Below are positions 36,465 through 49,309 of a stretch of DNA of 64,000 nt, piece after piece. How positions within the stretch are numbered: position 1 is the stretch's first letter; each line of letters begins with the position of its first letter. The translations under genes and the position numbers were made by a program. The notes below the pieces were generated by a model, which searched no databases, was not told the DNA's origin, and saw nothing but the letters and a program-made list of their open reading frames with translations. Source of the DNA: Lytechinus pictus (lineage: Eukaryota); assembly GCF_037042905.1 (NCBI RefSeq), contig NC_087250.1, positions 8,682,001 through 8,746,000 of the forward strand. The letters are read 5' to 3'.

Positions 36465-36811
36465 ATAATTATAAATAGTATAATAATTACATTTATATAA
36501 CGCTTATTACAATGTGTCTCTAAGCGCTTTACATGTACATATCATTACCCCGGTCATCGGATCACGGCATGCCCGCATACAATGTATGCACTTTTCCACT
36601 CCCGGGGGAGCATTCTAACAAGAGTTCCAAGACTCAATTTCTAGGCATACTACATAGGCTTTCGCATCCTACCGGGTACCCATTGGCACCAGGGTGGAGA
36701 TTGGCAAAGTATGGATTGACGCCTTGCCAAGGACCTAAGTCGCGGTTGGATTCGAACACACGAGCCTCTGATTTCAAGGCGAGAGTCAGAACCGCTACAC
36801 CACGACGCTTC
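36465..36811 (-). mobile_element. tRNA-derived SINE with an L2-type tail
   Basis: The head has A/B boxes (TGGTGTAGCGG, GTTCGAATCC) and the core is GTCCTTGGCAAGGC...AATGGGTACCCG. The tail is AAAGCGCTTAGAGAC...AAGCGTTATATAAAT(TAT)n. A related fragment lies at ~41126-41268. Confidence 0.8.
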
Positions 36812-37201
36812 CACATGTGATGGTAAAATTGTCTAACTAGAAGATTAACAAGATCAGAAGATAGACCATTTTACCATCTTTGATGTATAGTATGAGTGTA
36901 TACAATCATGCGCTGTGGTTAAACAGCCTATCTGCACAAAAATAATCCCTCAAATAAGCACAACATTCTTCAGTTATTAGTGTTTCATATCCTTCTTCTT
37001 GCCCTATTGCTAGAGCGACATTGTAGGCCCCCTACCCGTCTCCTAGAAAAGCTCAAACCCCTAAACTACTCGTTTGTCTCAGAAGAGCGATTTTTGAGAC
37101 CGTTTCGAGGCCGTTTTACGGCCGACGGCTTACAGATGGTAAATCGGTCTAATTCAAAGATAGACCATTTTACCATCTCAGAGCAATGATTAATGATAAC
37201 C

Positions 37202-37465
37202 GCTGCGTTGGCTCAGTTGGTAGAGCGTCCGTCTCATAACCGGGAGGTCGGGGGTTCAAACCCCGGCCGCGCCAGACCAAAAGACGTTAAAAGATGGGAG
37301 TTTGTGCTACCCTGTTTGGCGTTCAACGATTAAAGGAATAGAGCCTCGTCGATCTGGCGCTGCACAGCGGCTGCCGGCCCCACGATCAATTGGGCAAAGC
37401 AAATTTTCGGAGTATTTCATTTCAAGTCTTTTTCGAACAATAAAATATTAATTTTCATTTTTTTA
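37202..37465 (+). mobile_element. tRNA-derived SINE (CAT-anticodon-like head)
   Basis: A box TGGCTCAGTTGG and B box GGTTCAAACC. The ~190-bp body is shared with the degraded copy at 11470-12167, and no terminator follows the tRNA part. Confidence 0.8.
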
Positions 37466-38499
37466 TTACAAAATCTCAATTTAGAAGGTTAAAAGCTTTA
37501 TGTAAAAAATACCTCCAAACGATAATTTCGACAATGGGATAACTCAAAGATAGAACGTTTTGTCATCAAATCTGAAGGAAAATACAATAAAAATACGAAG
37601 ATGGCGGAAATGATCATTATGGTTAGATTTTCTAGAAAAGAGTTTTTTTTTCTTGGAAAGAGTGCCATCACATTACCAGGAAAGTGCATCTACCTCAAAA
37701 AGGTCAATTTTCCGAGTAAGACCATTTTTATTTACATACTCTCTTTGTTCTGAAGCTGCTCCTTCCTATGTCATTCCAAAATCCAGAAAACAGACCGGTT
37801 TCAAGTCTTTTCAATCTCTTGCTCCCCCCCCCCCCCCCGTCTTTGGAACAAACTGCTCCATCTCTCCGAAATCTCTCTTCTCTTGACCTCTTCAAAAAAA
37901 CATCCCAAAGCACACTTATATACCATAAACCTTAACCATGTAACCATAAACCTCTTATGCCATCAACAGCGCTTTGTATCCTCTGGAAAAGGCGCTATAT
38001 AAATCCAATTATTATAAGTATTGATGATAATATGCGACGGTTAAAAGAAGGAATTCAGGGAACATACATGAAATGTCATAACTCACCCTTGTTAAAATAA
38101 ATGACTATCAGTACAAATCCGAAAATTCGCCTCAATCTATGACCAGCCATTGCATAAGAGCATAAGAGGTGTTAGGGTCGGCGTGTCGGAGCGTCAGATG
38201 ATGGAGAAAAACTTTTCACTGGAAGAACCATCTCGCCTAAATGTATATTTCATTACTTTTAACTGATGCGCACGTGCGTCGATCTACATGTAGTTGGCCT
38301 AAACGCATCGTTTATTGCTGACGTTTCCCATTTTCAAAACAGTAACTTGTTTTATTGCCTTGTTTTTTTCCTCATTAATTTTCAAGAAAGCGGGGGAAAC
38401 GATAAAGCTATGGGAGAGGGTGAAAGCGCGTGACTTCAGTGTTGATACTAGGTTTGTGTATGATACTGTGTATGTGTGTGTGTGCGTGCACGTATTCTT

Positions 38500-39177
38500 C
38501 CGTGTATTCCGTGAGAGTAAAAAAAAAAAATTAATTACTCCTCACAATTCCCAAATTTTAGGAAAAAATACGTTATGAATGCATAATCATTAGGCTATAT
38601 ATGACCGGAAAGAGAATTTCTCCCAAATAATTTGATACCATTTTTATGTGGTATGTTTTCATGCTTGGATAATCAGTAGGTATTCTTTGCCTTGATGTAT
38701 ATTTTAATTTGTGCCAAAGTAATGCGTGGCTGCAATAAATGAATCCAGAAGCAAAATATGTCAATAAACCTAAATGAGTTAGTAAACAATGTTTTGTGAA
38801 TCCATTTTCAATGAAATTAATTTGAAAATTGATACTAAAAATTGTGAATTAAACAATAAAAATGTTAATTCTTGAAAATATGTTTTGAAATACATGTAGA
38901 TTTCAATACAACCCTTTTATGATTATGACATCATTGACATCTGGATTCATTCATTGCAGTCATGCATTACTTTCAAATTAATTCAAATTTACATCACTGC
39001 AAAGAATACCTCACGGTCATCCAAGCGTTAACACATACCACATGAATATGGGATCAAATTATTAGGGAGAACATACTCGTTCGGGCCATGTATAATAATT
39101 ATGTGTCCATGACATATTTTTAATTAGATTGAGGATTTGTGAGGTGTCAAATTTTGTGTTTTACTCACACGGTGTAT
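38500..39177. mobile_element. Degenerate long-TIR foldback MITE (Tc1/mariner-like)
   Basis: ~38598-38767 is the diverged reverse complement of ~38922-39092. Outer ends CCGTGAGAGTAAA versus TTTACTCACACGG. Confidence 0.55.
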
Positions 39178-40124
39178 TTCTGAACCAGGAGGAATAAAGA
39201 TCTTTTACATGAGCGTGTAGGTAAACTACCTTCTGAGTGAATGTTACAAATATATTTCATGTCATGCTCCAGGAAGCAACGATAAAAGGTAAATTGTCAC
39301 TTTCTGTAAATCACAAGCCTAATATCGTGACTTTGACTCCATTTCACCGTAAGGAATTCCACATATGATTCTCATCATAAAAATGTTCAGAAGGCAAGTA
39401 AGAGGTACTTTCTTAAAGACAATACAATTTTTTGACTAAATTTCACAGATGAAAAAAAGGTCAAAGTTTGCTAAATTTTGATGTTTTACACATTTTTATC
39501 AATACAAAAATGATCAAATATGATAACATTTATTTTTGGCAAGAGTATTTTCAACAATATTCATCATTTCACGGTTCAATGAACAGTTAATGAAAAAAAT
39601 ATGTAATTTTCGAATACCATAGGCAAGTATTGTTTTATTTTGGGAACTGAAATTATCTTATAAACTTTTTTCCCCCTTATGTTCACGACCAATTAACATT
39701 TATATGGATGCACAAATGCAATTGCTTACTATGGATATCTGTCACAGACCGAGGGTCACAGATTTTCTTGGATATAGTTAATTTGATTTGATTTTTCATG
39801 AAAATTCCGATGTCTAATGCTTTGGTGAGCACACAAAATTCGAAAATTATGCAAATGAGAAGAAAGTTCAAGGCCTTGTCCCCACTCTGTGCCGTATTGA
39901 ATGATTATTATGGTGCACACGCCTCTTGAATTGGGGCATTGTGCCCCTCTGAAGCCACGTGCGAAGTTTATGATATGATAACAACATTAAACTGTAGCAC
40001 CCACACACCCACAGACAATCATATATGATTTTATACATGCGCACACGTTGGTATTTGTTTTAATAGCAAGTAAAATGCCTTTCTCGGGAACCGTGCTATC
40101 TGCAAACCATTAACTCGACTCAAA

Positions 40125-40445
40125 GGCCCGTATTCTGAACTCGGGATTAAATTAAACCCTGCCTGGTTTAAAGTTGTGGTTTAGCTATATGGAGAGTCAA
40201 TTTGGGCACAAATCCCTATTACAACACATTCAATTCATTATCTCACACGACACCCACATTGTTCATAGTTGTCTGTGAATTATATCTGAAGTATTTTTAT
40301 TCATTATGAAAGCAAAAGGGAACAAAATGATAAACATAAGAGATAATACAATATAAACATTTATTTTTTTATTTTTTGGCTTCCCATAATTTTAGCACAG
40401 AGTTAGACCGTGGTCTAAATTAAAGCTGACTTCAGAATACGGGCC
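40125..40445. mobile_element. Harbinger-like MITE (GGCCCGTATTCTGAA family); other copies at 47726-48626, ~54447-54704, 56644-57689, 59607-60529 and ~34700-34975
   Basis: TIR GGCCCGTATTCTGAA/TTCAGAATACGGGCC and a shared internal sequence. Confidence 0.85.
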
Positions 40446-41453
40446 AATTTGTTTTACAGGTGTACGTTGGTATTGGAATTGGTGATTATTTTCCATATCA
40501 CAACATAAAAAATCAATACAAGGTAAATGTATATGTACAAAATAAAAATGAAAGGTATAGTGAAATGGCTGGATAAGCCCACTCAGCTTTGTTGATATAA
40601 CAACGCTGTTCTTCCCTGGGGTCCAGAGCATGCATAATAAATTGTATTGCATTACCTATGCATAATATTACATTAAATTCCTATTAACTCAGCTCCCTGT
40701 ATGGGTCAATTTTCCCTTGAATTAATCGATATCCCTTATTATATTCATTCATCCCTTTCTCCTCTCATCAATCAATCTCCCTTTTTTTCCACATATCGTT
40801 ATTTTTTTCTCTCTTTCTTGACGTCTTCATTTATTTTCACCTCTCATTCTCCCCTCTCATTTACCGATTCCCATAGTCAGAAGGTAGACTGTCGATTATC
40901 TGTTGCCAACCCGTCCACTCATTATGGTCCCGCATATGGTCTACCTTCATTTAGTCTAATGCCATCCCGTCTATCAACATTTCGTCGAGCACCGGCCCAT
41001 TTGGTCCAATAACCAATTTGTCCAGTAATCACTTTGTCTATATGACCATTCCCTCTCATCATAACAATAGGTCTAATACCCAATAGGCCTATGGACTACG
41101 TAGCCAATGGACCAACTGGTTATATAAATGGACCCGGTAGGAAGCTGTGTGCGCTATGAACGCCTAGCTTAGCCGGGTAATATAGGAGCACCTTGAGCAC
41201 CTAACAAGGTGGATATGTGCGCAATATAAATACCCTATATTAGTATTATTATTATTATTATTATTATAGGAAATGGTGGGTGGTCGGAATGGTTTCAACA
41301 TCGTGTTTTTGTGTGGGACCCACATGGGCCCCATATGGGTTCCCATATGGGATCTATGTACCGTTTGCACCCGGGTTCCCAAATGGGTTATGCGTGGGTT
41401 GGAGGTCTCGTTTTAATATGGATGCCACATGGGCCCAATCAAAAGCATGTGGG

Positions 41454-41672
41454 TTTGATTTGATTTTATTTATTTCTGCATTCACATCAGTATTAGAATT
41501 ACAAAAAACATATCTTCAAAGTTAATACATATAACAAAATAATAATAGTCGTACAGTATAAATATTGTAAATAAATATCAACAAGATGTGTTATATTTTT
41601 TCAAAACAAGATAAAACGAATGCAGCTAGGAGACCACCATCGTGAGCGATTAGGCTTGATGATGGAGGCCTC
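41454..41672 (-). mobile_element. 3' tail fragment of a Crack-like LINE
   Basis: TTTGATTTGATTTTATTT tail plus a GGAGACC...GCTTGA...GGCCTC stem-loop resembling 828-1077. Confidence 0.6.
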
Positions 41673-42643
41673 AGGGTTCATTTTAAGAAAAAAATAATTA
41701 GGCCTAGTGTCATAAAGGTGATTGAAGCACATTCTTACAACTCTATAGGGCCTACTCTAAGCCATTTTATCTTATCCTATCGTAAATCCTACATTCTAAT
41801 CCTGAATCCTAGTTCTATAATTATCCTACATCTATATCCACCGAGACCTGTCAGGCCTACTTGACAAATTATGGTTAACAATTTTCCATATTTAACCCTA
41901 AAACATTCTTCTAAAATTAAATGTCATGACAATGAATTAAACCCTTATCATTGGCACGCCAGACATATATTCTTGAATGATGGAGGATTTTTTTTCTCAC
42001 ATAGTATATATTATATTGATACTAGGATATACATTTGGTTTTGCAACAAATTGGTGTTTTGGGTTGTTTTATTTTCTCATTATTTTGTTTTCTTCGCCCG
42101 GAGCTGCATTCCCTTTCATTCTCACTTTCCATTTCCCCCCTTTTCTTTAATTTTTTCTTCTTTTCTTTTATTTCCTTATCCAACTTATTTGGATCCTCCA
42201 CGATTTGTTAAAGCCTGCAGTTACACTAAAGGCACGAAACTCGCGTGAGAATTCCGTGGTCAAAGGCCTCGATGCCTCATTGGTCAAAAGTTCCATGTTT
42301 TACAAATAGCTTTCCATACATACAGCCGCGAAACCACGCAGGTGGAGTGAACAGGTCAGGAGGTGAGATTTTCAAGTTTACAATTTATTTTTTCCCGGGG
42401 ATTTTTCACTTCAATTTTACGAGAGTTTTATTGTTAATGCGAAGCGTAAATGTCACTGTTCTCTTCTTTTGACTCATAGATACCCGTCTTCTGACTTAAC
42501 TTAGCCTTAGTAACTTGTAGACGATCCCAATTCGCACTCGGTCAATTCACGACTTTTCCACGTGTCCCCACATGTTAAAAAATATGTTGGAACTTGGATG
42601 AGCAATTGAAGACGTGATTGTAACTGCGCGGGCCGGAGCTCCC

Positions 42644-44610
42644 CACTCTAGGCGACACCCCAATACTTACCCGTGCTAATAAACTGGGACTCCACTCACG
42701 CGCATTTGGGCCGCCCTAGCTTAGAACTAAGCTTTGTTTTACTGAAAAATAAATCTTGTAATGATTCAATAAATGTTACTGTTAGGCCTACTTAATAAAT
42801 TAGTACTGTTAAATCGGTACTCACCGGTTCTTTTCTTGAATTTTCTGGCAATTTCCCACGCTTCTGGCTTCAATTCTGCGGCTGTTCCTGTCGCGGTAGA
42901 CAGCTACATATGCAACTTTATTTATAAATAGAGCGCCCCTTACGATAGTTGTTAAGAACGCGGCCAAATTGTTAGGTTTTTTGCACTGTGTCCAAGGCGT
43001 TTTTATTTTGTTTGATTTTTATTTTTTAATAAATATTTTGTTAAATAGCGATTTTTACGTCAAATATTAAATTCATATCACAAAATATTTTTAATTGTAG
43101 AAATATATATAATATCATGCAATTATTTATTCTATATATATTTTATAATAAAATTTATAATTGTTGCGGTCTTTAAAAAAGGATAGTCGATCGATCAGGT
43201 GATGACTACTCGTATCACGTGATCTGAAAATCAGCTTCGTACCGCTTTGATCGCACTCGACGGGACCGGACTGACTGCCAAGAAAAGATCGAAAAAGGAC
43301 TCAAATGTAAGTTTCCCTTTATTTTATAACTTTTAAAATATGAGTAGGGTTATAGTTAATGGGTAATTTTTTAATAAATGCTAAACAAATGAGGACAAAG
43401 CTTGCATTTTTCGAGTAATAATCACTAATATCATAAAAATACTTGGGTGCAGGACTTCTAACCTGTTTTTAACGCATTGTCGCCTATGAGGTCCATACAT
43501 GTTAATGTTTGGACCTCATTGGTACTAGGAGTGGAGCTCCCTGGGTTAGTAACAGGTAAGTGTTTAAACTAAGGGAAGAATGTGCAGATTTTTTTTACAG
43601 CAAAAGTAGATTTTCATAACTTACACAAAATGCAATGAATGGGGCTGTGTAATACCTTTTTAAGTGCATTGCGCTGCTATGTGCGGCAAGGCATGCCCTT
43701 TAATTATACATCATTTTATCCATGAAACCACTCCTAGTACCAATGAGGTCCAACATTACATGTATGGACCTCATAGGCGACATCAGTAGTATTTTTGGTT
43801 AGAAATCTCTGAGAACAGGATATTTAGCCTATATATTATATCACAAGTACAAGCTATATTCCTTTCTCTTATTTAAATTATAATTTTATAGTGTAAATGC
43901 ATCGTTAGCAACAACAAAAAATGAAAGAAATGAAGGGGAACTTACATTTTCACGGCTTTTTCCTGATTTTCTGGGCAGCTGCTCTTCTCTTCTGACTCGC
44001 GATCGAAGCTGATATGAAGATCACGTGATTCGCGTTCTCGTCAGCTGATCGGTTGGTTATTCTTTTCGTCAGACGTTAATAATATATATTTTATAATGCT
44101 AGCATTCATCGCTAATTTAGGTGAAAGAGATTGAAGTTAAACAGCGCCAGGTCGGAATCATAATTATTTTGGAAGAGTGTATTTATACACTCGATCTCAT
44201 ACCTGACGTAGACGGCGCTATTCAACAAATGCACAATCTTCAATATAAAAAATAAAACAGAAAGAACGCCTTGAACACAGGCCAAAATGCCTAACGATTT
44301 CTCCGCGGCATTAACAACTATCGTAAAGGGCGCTCCATTTATCAATAAAGATGGATGCTAAGCTGTCTATGGCGACAAAATTTGCCGCAAATATTTACGA
44401 AGAATTGTGAGAAATGGTCTGAAAATGCAACAAAAGAACCGGTGAGTACCGATTAAACATTATTAAAGTTGTAAATAGATTATACATACCTTGTAGATTT
44501 AGTTTTTAAGGTGATATTAGTGCTTAGTTCTAAGCTAGGGAGGCCCAAACGCGCGTGAGTGGAGTCCCAGTTTATTAGCACGGGTAAGTATTGGGGTGTC
44601 GCCTAGAGTG
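42644..44610. mobile_element. 1967-bp foldback element with ~88-bp near-perfect TIRs starting CACTCTAGGCGACA
   Basis: 42644-42731 versus 44522-44610 are inverted. Further mirrored islands occur at 42815/44452, 42930/44335, 43214/44029, 43300/43950 and 43478-43536/43728-43781. No TSD is visible. Confidence 0.75.
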
Positions 44611-44906
44611 CATGAAACTTCGAAGTTTCTCATGGTATAGGTTTCTATAGGGTTTTTCCTCCTTTAATTGCTTCATACTTGTTTTATACATTACATGTAC
44701 ATTGTACATATTGTGAGCGTACAGACAGATACATTACAAATTCTGGAAGTGGCATTTCACCGAACTCCCTAATGTCAATGATTGACTTTGCATTTGGCAA
44801 GTCCAACTTGAACTAAGTCAGTTTGTAATGGTATAATCCTGATTTTTTTTTTATCCAGGTTTGATTTGAGTACATACTGTATATAAAGGACTACAATTGA
44901 ACAACC

Positions 44907-44947
44907 ATGTTTGCCAGGGCTGGATCCAGGATTCTCCTATTACGAAA
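44907..44947 (+). CDS. DIABLO: DIABLO/Smac-like, first coding exon (mitochondrial presequence)
   Basis: Acceptor poly-T-ATCCAG at 44858 and ACC-ATG start. Reads MFARAGSRILLLR(K). The GTGAG donor is phase 2, matching the next exon. Confidence 0.75.
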
Positions 44948-47471
44948 GTGAGCATTTTTTTTCATTAACAATGTTAACAACGAGTCGTACAACGTGCGGC
45001 TATGTTAATAACATAGCCACGCGTTGTACGACTCGTAGGTAGGACCAGGGCCCTCTGCACTGTGCAACACAGGCAGTACGTGCTAACACCAAGCATTCTG
45101 GGATTTGGCAGACAGAGCACCACCTTCGTTTGCAGTCCATGAAAAATGCACCTTTATTCTAGTAAAAAATTCTCTGGAATCAAAATTGCCAAGATAAGAA
45201 TATATTTCTACTACAGGTTTTTCTTGAGAATTTAGCAAGAAATAGGCAAAATATGGTGAGATTGGACCATCTTTCAGCTTACGTAGTTGTACAATAATCC
45301 TAGACAGTTGGCAGCCGTCTGTTTCGAGGAGTTTTTAAACATTAAAAAAAAAATTCACCTCGTACACAGACGGCTCGCGATCGTGCAGCCGCCATTATGG
45401 GTTAACAATGCAAAATCCCCTGATTTTTGTCTTTTTTTCATGAAATTAAATAAAAAGAACTGTACCAAAATAAAGATTATTCTGTTTTGGCCTGAAATGC
45501 ACCAAAACGAAAGAAATAAACTTAAAAGAAAAAAAACCAGAGACCTCGGCTGTCGCACAACTCCCATTTCCCTGGTTTATCTGAACTTAATACATAAACA
45601 TATGGCCATTGGGTCTCTGTACAGATCGAGTTTGAACTTCGGTCTCTGTAATTGGTAAGTGGAGCCAACGGAGTTTAGCGGAACAACCAATATAACAGAG
45701 ACCGAAGCTTTTGGTCTACAATATTCCTAGTTAATTAACGAAATGAGAAATTGTTAGTAATTTTTTAATGATGCACCATTCTTTACCTTTGTTTCTCAGC
45801 ATTTTTATTTTGAATGAGATAAAAATATGGTCTATTTTAGACTTTTGCACCACTGGTAATATTTAAATCTCAGAGAGCCCTGGGTAGGACAACAAATTTA
45901 GAAAGGCAAAGCTCTTAAAATTGTCATGAAAATACATAAAAATAATCCTCAAGATGAGTAAGGTCCTGAAACATAAAAATTTCTTAAAAGTTACAGAAGT
46001 TCCGTAGAGTAAAGTGCTTAAGCATAATTGCACCAAACAAAATTACAATCATTGAATCTGATAAAAATCATGTGCATTTCTGTAGAACAAATGTTGAATA
46101 TTAATATAAAAAAATAAAATTGAAAAAAATATAGTATTAAAAAAACAGAAATTATTTACTTTCTACCAGAAGCTTGTTTTTTGCCAAATATCGGATGCAG
46201 TTTCCAAATATCAGTCACATAATGTTTGGCGCCGCGATCGATTTCAGCGATTTTAATCACGCTCTAAACCATAAAATAATTGCTTGATTTTTGAGAAAAT
46301 AACTTGTATCAGCTGCGCAAATGCCTATTATATTTATAATTATTTCTCTCAATGATTTTGATATAAAAATAGGTAAATAATAATTATTTACTTACCAAAC
46401 GGACCTCATTAGGCTTTAAACGTTGGACGTCTTCGCTCAGCTGAGGGCGACTTCGTTCTGTAAACGAGCGGGTGTGCATCAACAGCACGCATTTCCAATT
46501 CAATCGGCCGATTTGTCTGATGTTTGGGAGAGTGCCATATTTGGAAGGGTGTTGTATTTCCCGCCATGGGGAACCCCCGCCGCGGCAATTGCAGATTTTC
46601 TTGTGATAAATCAAACATGTGCGATCTCGGTGGCGATATCACTTCCCCCTTATGAGATTTTTTGGTCATTGATCTTTTGGAGCTCCAAATTAGCGAGGGT
46701 CATAAGAATCTTTGGAAGTCTAATTCATGGATTTAACCCCTTCTCTTCTCTTCTTGGGTTTTGGTTTCCTTTAAGTGACTCTCAACATGGTTTTCAAACC
46801 AAGAGATCCTGTGAAACCCACTCCTTCAATGAACAAATTTATGATATACATGTACATGTAACCTTGTTCTCTGTTAGGACTCCCTGTGTGGGGAAAAAAC
46901 ATTGGCAAAGTTTGTCTTATTTACTCTTGTTCTTGGGGACAAACACTTGATTTTTTTAACATTGAGTTTCCAGTACAACTATTCATCATATAACTCGGCT
47001 CTGTAGTAAATTAAATTATTTAAATTATTTTTTTTTATAAATTAAATATAGAGATTGTTGAATGACAATTTTCTTGCAATTTTACTTTCCACCAATAAAG
47101 GTTCTACACAAACAAATCTTTAAAAATACATTTTTTTAGCACTCTTGTGAATAAAAAAAAAAGATACCCAAGTTACTAATGAAAAATAAATCACAACTAT
47201 ATAATGAAAATAAGTATTTTTGGTTACAAAAGTGATATTTTAAAGAATTTTATTTAATGTGTGTTGTGTACTATGTACAAGGAGATCAAAATTCATGTTA
47301 AATGTGAATGCCAGAAGAACAAAACTGTTTATTTTGAAATTAACTTTATAAATGAATATTTTCTTCTTATAATTACAGGAAAATAACATTCTGTGTATAT
47401 CAGAATGCATGCAACCGATGGAGGCATGGACTCGCATCTACACAAAATACTTCACTCCTGTTTATTCACAG

Positions 47472-47562
47472 AGTGTTCAGACGAGCAGGACTAGTAGGAT
47501 TGGGAGGATTATGTGCTCTTCCTGTTCACAATGTAAAGGAGGCTGGTGTGAAAGGATTGCCT
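47472..47562 (+). CDS. DIABLO: DIABLO/Smac-like, exon with the processing site and IAP-binding motif
   Basis: CAG acceptor and GTGAGT donor. Reads VFRRAGLVGLGGLC-ALPVHN..., which parallels human TLC-AVPIAQK. Confidence 0.85.
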
Positions 47563-47976
47563 GTGAGTATGGCAAAAATCTGCATCCTTCAGTGATTCAT
47601 TCACACAAGATTTGATAATGAATATTTGTTTCTTTTTCTTGCCGTTATTTTTTAAGTAAGTGCTGCGTAGTATTATCGATTTGTCAAGATAGGGAGATAA
47701 TTCATCTTGCCAAGTAAAAGTTATTGGCCCGTATTCTGAAGTCAGGTTTAACTTAGACCACGGTCTAAGGTCTAACTCTACTAAAATTATGGGAAGCCTG
47801 CAATTCAAAAATTATGTTTATATTGTATATTTCTTATGTTCACTATTTTGTTTCCTTTTGCTTTCATATTGAAGAAAAATATAATTCCCAGAGAGTTATG
47901 AACAATTCGGGTGTCATATGAGTATATGAATGTGCACTGTTAGGGATTTGTGCTCAAATCGGCTCTCCGTAGTTAA

Positions 47977-48570
47977 AGGGGAATCCAACCCAAATAAAAA
48001 CTTGTTTTAGAAGAAAAAGAAAAATCAGACAAGTTGATAGGTGAAAGTTTGAACAATATTGGACAAACAACCAGAAAGTTATGAATTTTTAAAAATTGTA
48101 AATATTGGTAATCACTATACTCATGGAGACTTCAAATTGGCCGCATATGGGATGTCATAGTGATGTAAGGCAAGGACTACTCTTCCATGCACTCCAATAC
48201 ATATTATGGCTAAAATGTCATTTTTCCCAAAAATTTTATTTCAAATTATATTTTTCATTCATGAGGACATTAAACAGTATACTATCTGGGTTATATTTTG
48301 ATTACTGCCCCAGGGGAATGGGTACTTAGGAGAAAACCACAAATCCCTGATAATAAAGTACATGGCCTATGGGAAAGTTGTCCTTGCCCCTTGTCATAAT
48401 TTACTTACCCAGTTGCCAATTTGAAATCTACATACTATTAGTGATCTTAATTTTAAAGCAGCTATAACTTTCTTATTGCTTTTCCGATTTCTTTAAAACT
48501 TTCACCATTCTGTTTAATTTATTTTTATCCTTCCCAACACAACATTTTATGGCCAAGGCTGGATTCCCCT
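47977..48570. mobile_element. Kolobok-like MITE (AGGGGAATCC family); copies at 51283-51877 and 59766-60368 in the opposite orientation
   Basis: TIR AGGGGAATCCA/TGGATTCCCCT at TTAA-like sites. The three copies of ~595 bp are highly similar. Confidence 0.85.
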
Positions 48571-49309
48571 TCAAAGCACAACTTTAAACCAGGGTTTAAT
48601 TGAAACCCGTGTTCAGAATACATGCCATTATGTCAACAAAGCAAGATGCGCTATCTCGCCAAGTTCACATAATTTATTATATGAAAAGTTGTATGTCAAC
48701 ATGGCCAGATACGTTTTCTCGCCACAGTGACATAAAATGGTAAATGGCAAAATTAATTTTGTATCCACACGCGCACATGTATTTTTCTGTGTTGTCAACC
48801 ACGCTGCGGTTTGGATTCATTTCTCACTGGCGCACTTAATCACAAGTCACAACAATATCAGGAACGTTGTCAACTGAAAATTTCTGAGGAATTTAATATT
48901 GATAATAATGATTATAACATAAAGACGCTTGATACAGACATTTCTAAGCGCTCGATTTTTCTGATTATTAATTACCGGGATTGTAAAGTGTAATCAATAA
49001 AACCAAATAAATGAAAAAAATTACCAAATCTCAGGATAAAAAGAAACAAACAATATGAAATAAACATGTGCACCTCCATATCTAGACCAACCCAAGGCCA
49101 CAACTGATATACAGAAATATCTAGATATCTAGCACTTAATGAAACTCATGTTTGATCTCGAGTTAGAATTTCAGGTGCACAGACATCAGTCCTTCACCTT
49201 TATAATTTTGTGGAGCTCAATAAATCGCTCTCATTTATTTTTTCAGATTCACTCAACTACAGGAGCTCAATTTAATAAACATGTATGCTAAATTGTAAAT
49301 TTTTCTTAA

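Noticed and set aside
37202..37275. Functional tRNA-Met gene
   Set aside because: The stems are imperfect, there is no terminator, and it runs into a SINE body also found at 11470-12167.
42644..44610. RAG-like/Transib transposon
   Set aside because: The ends start CAC but there is no RSS-like heptamer-nonamer, no 5-bp TSD and no RAG1-like coding remnant.
46384..46950. Overlapping ORFs in the DIABLO intron
   Set aside because: No recognisable motifs. Possibly a decayed transposon segment, but this cannot be supported from the sequence alone.
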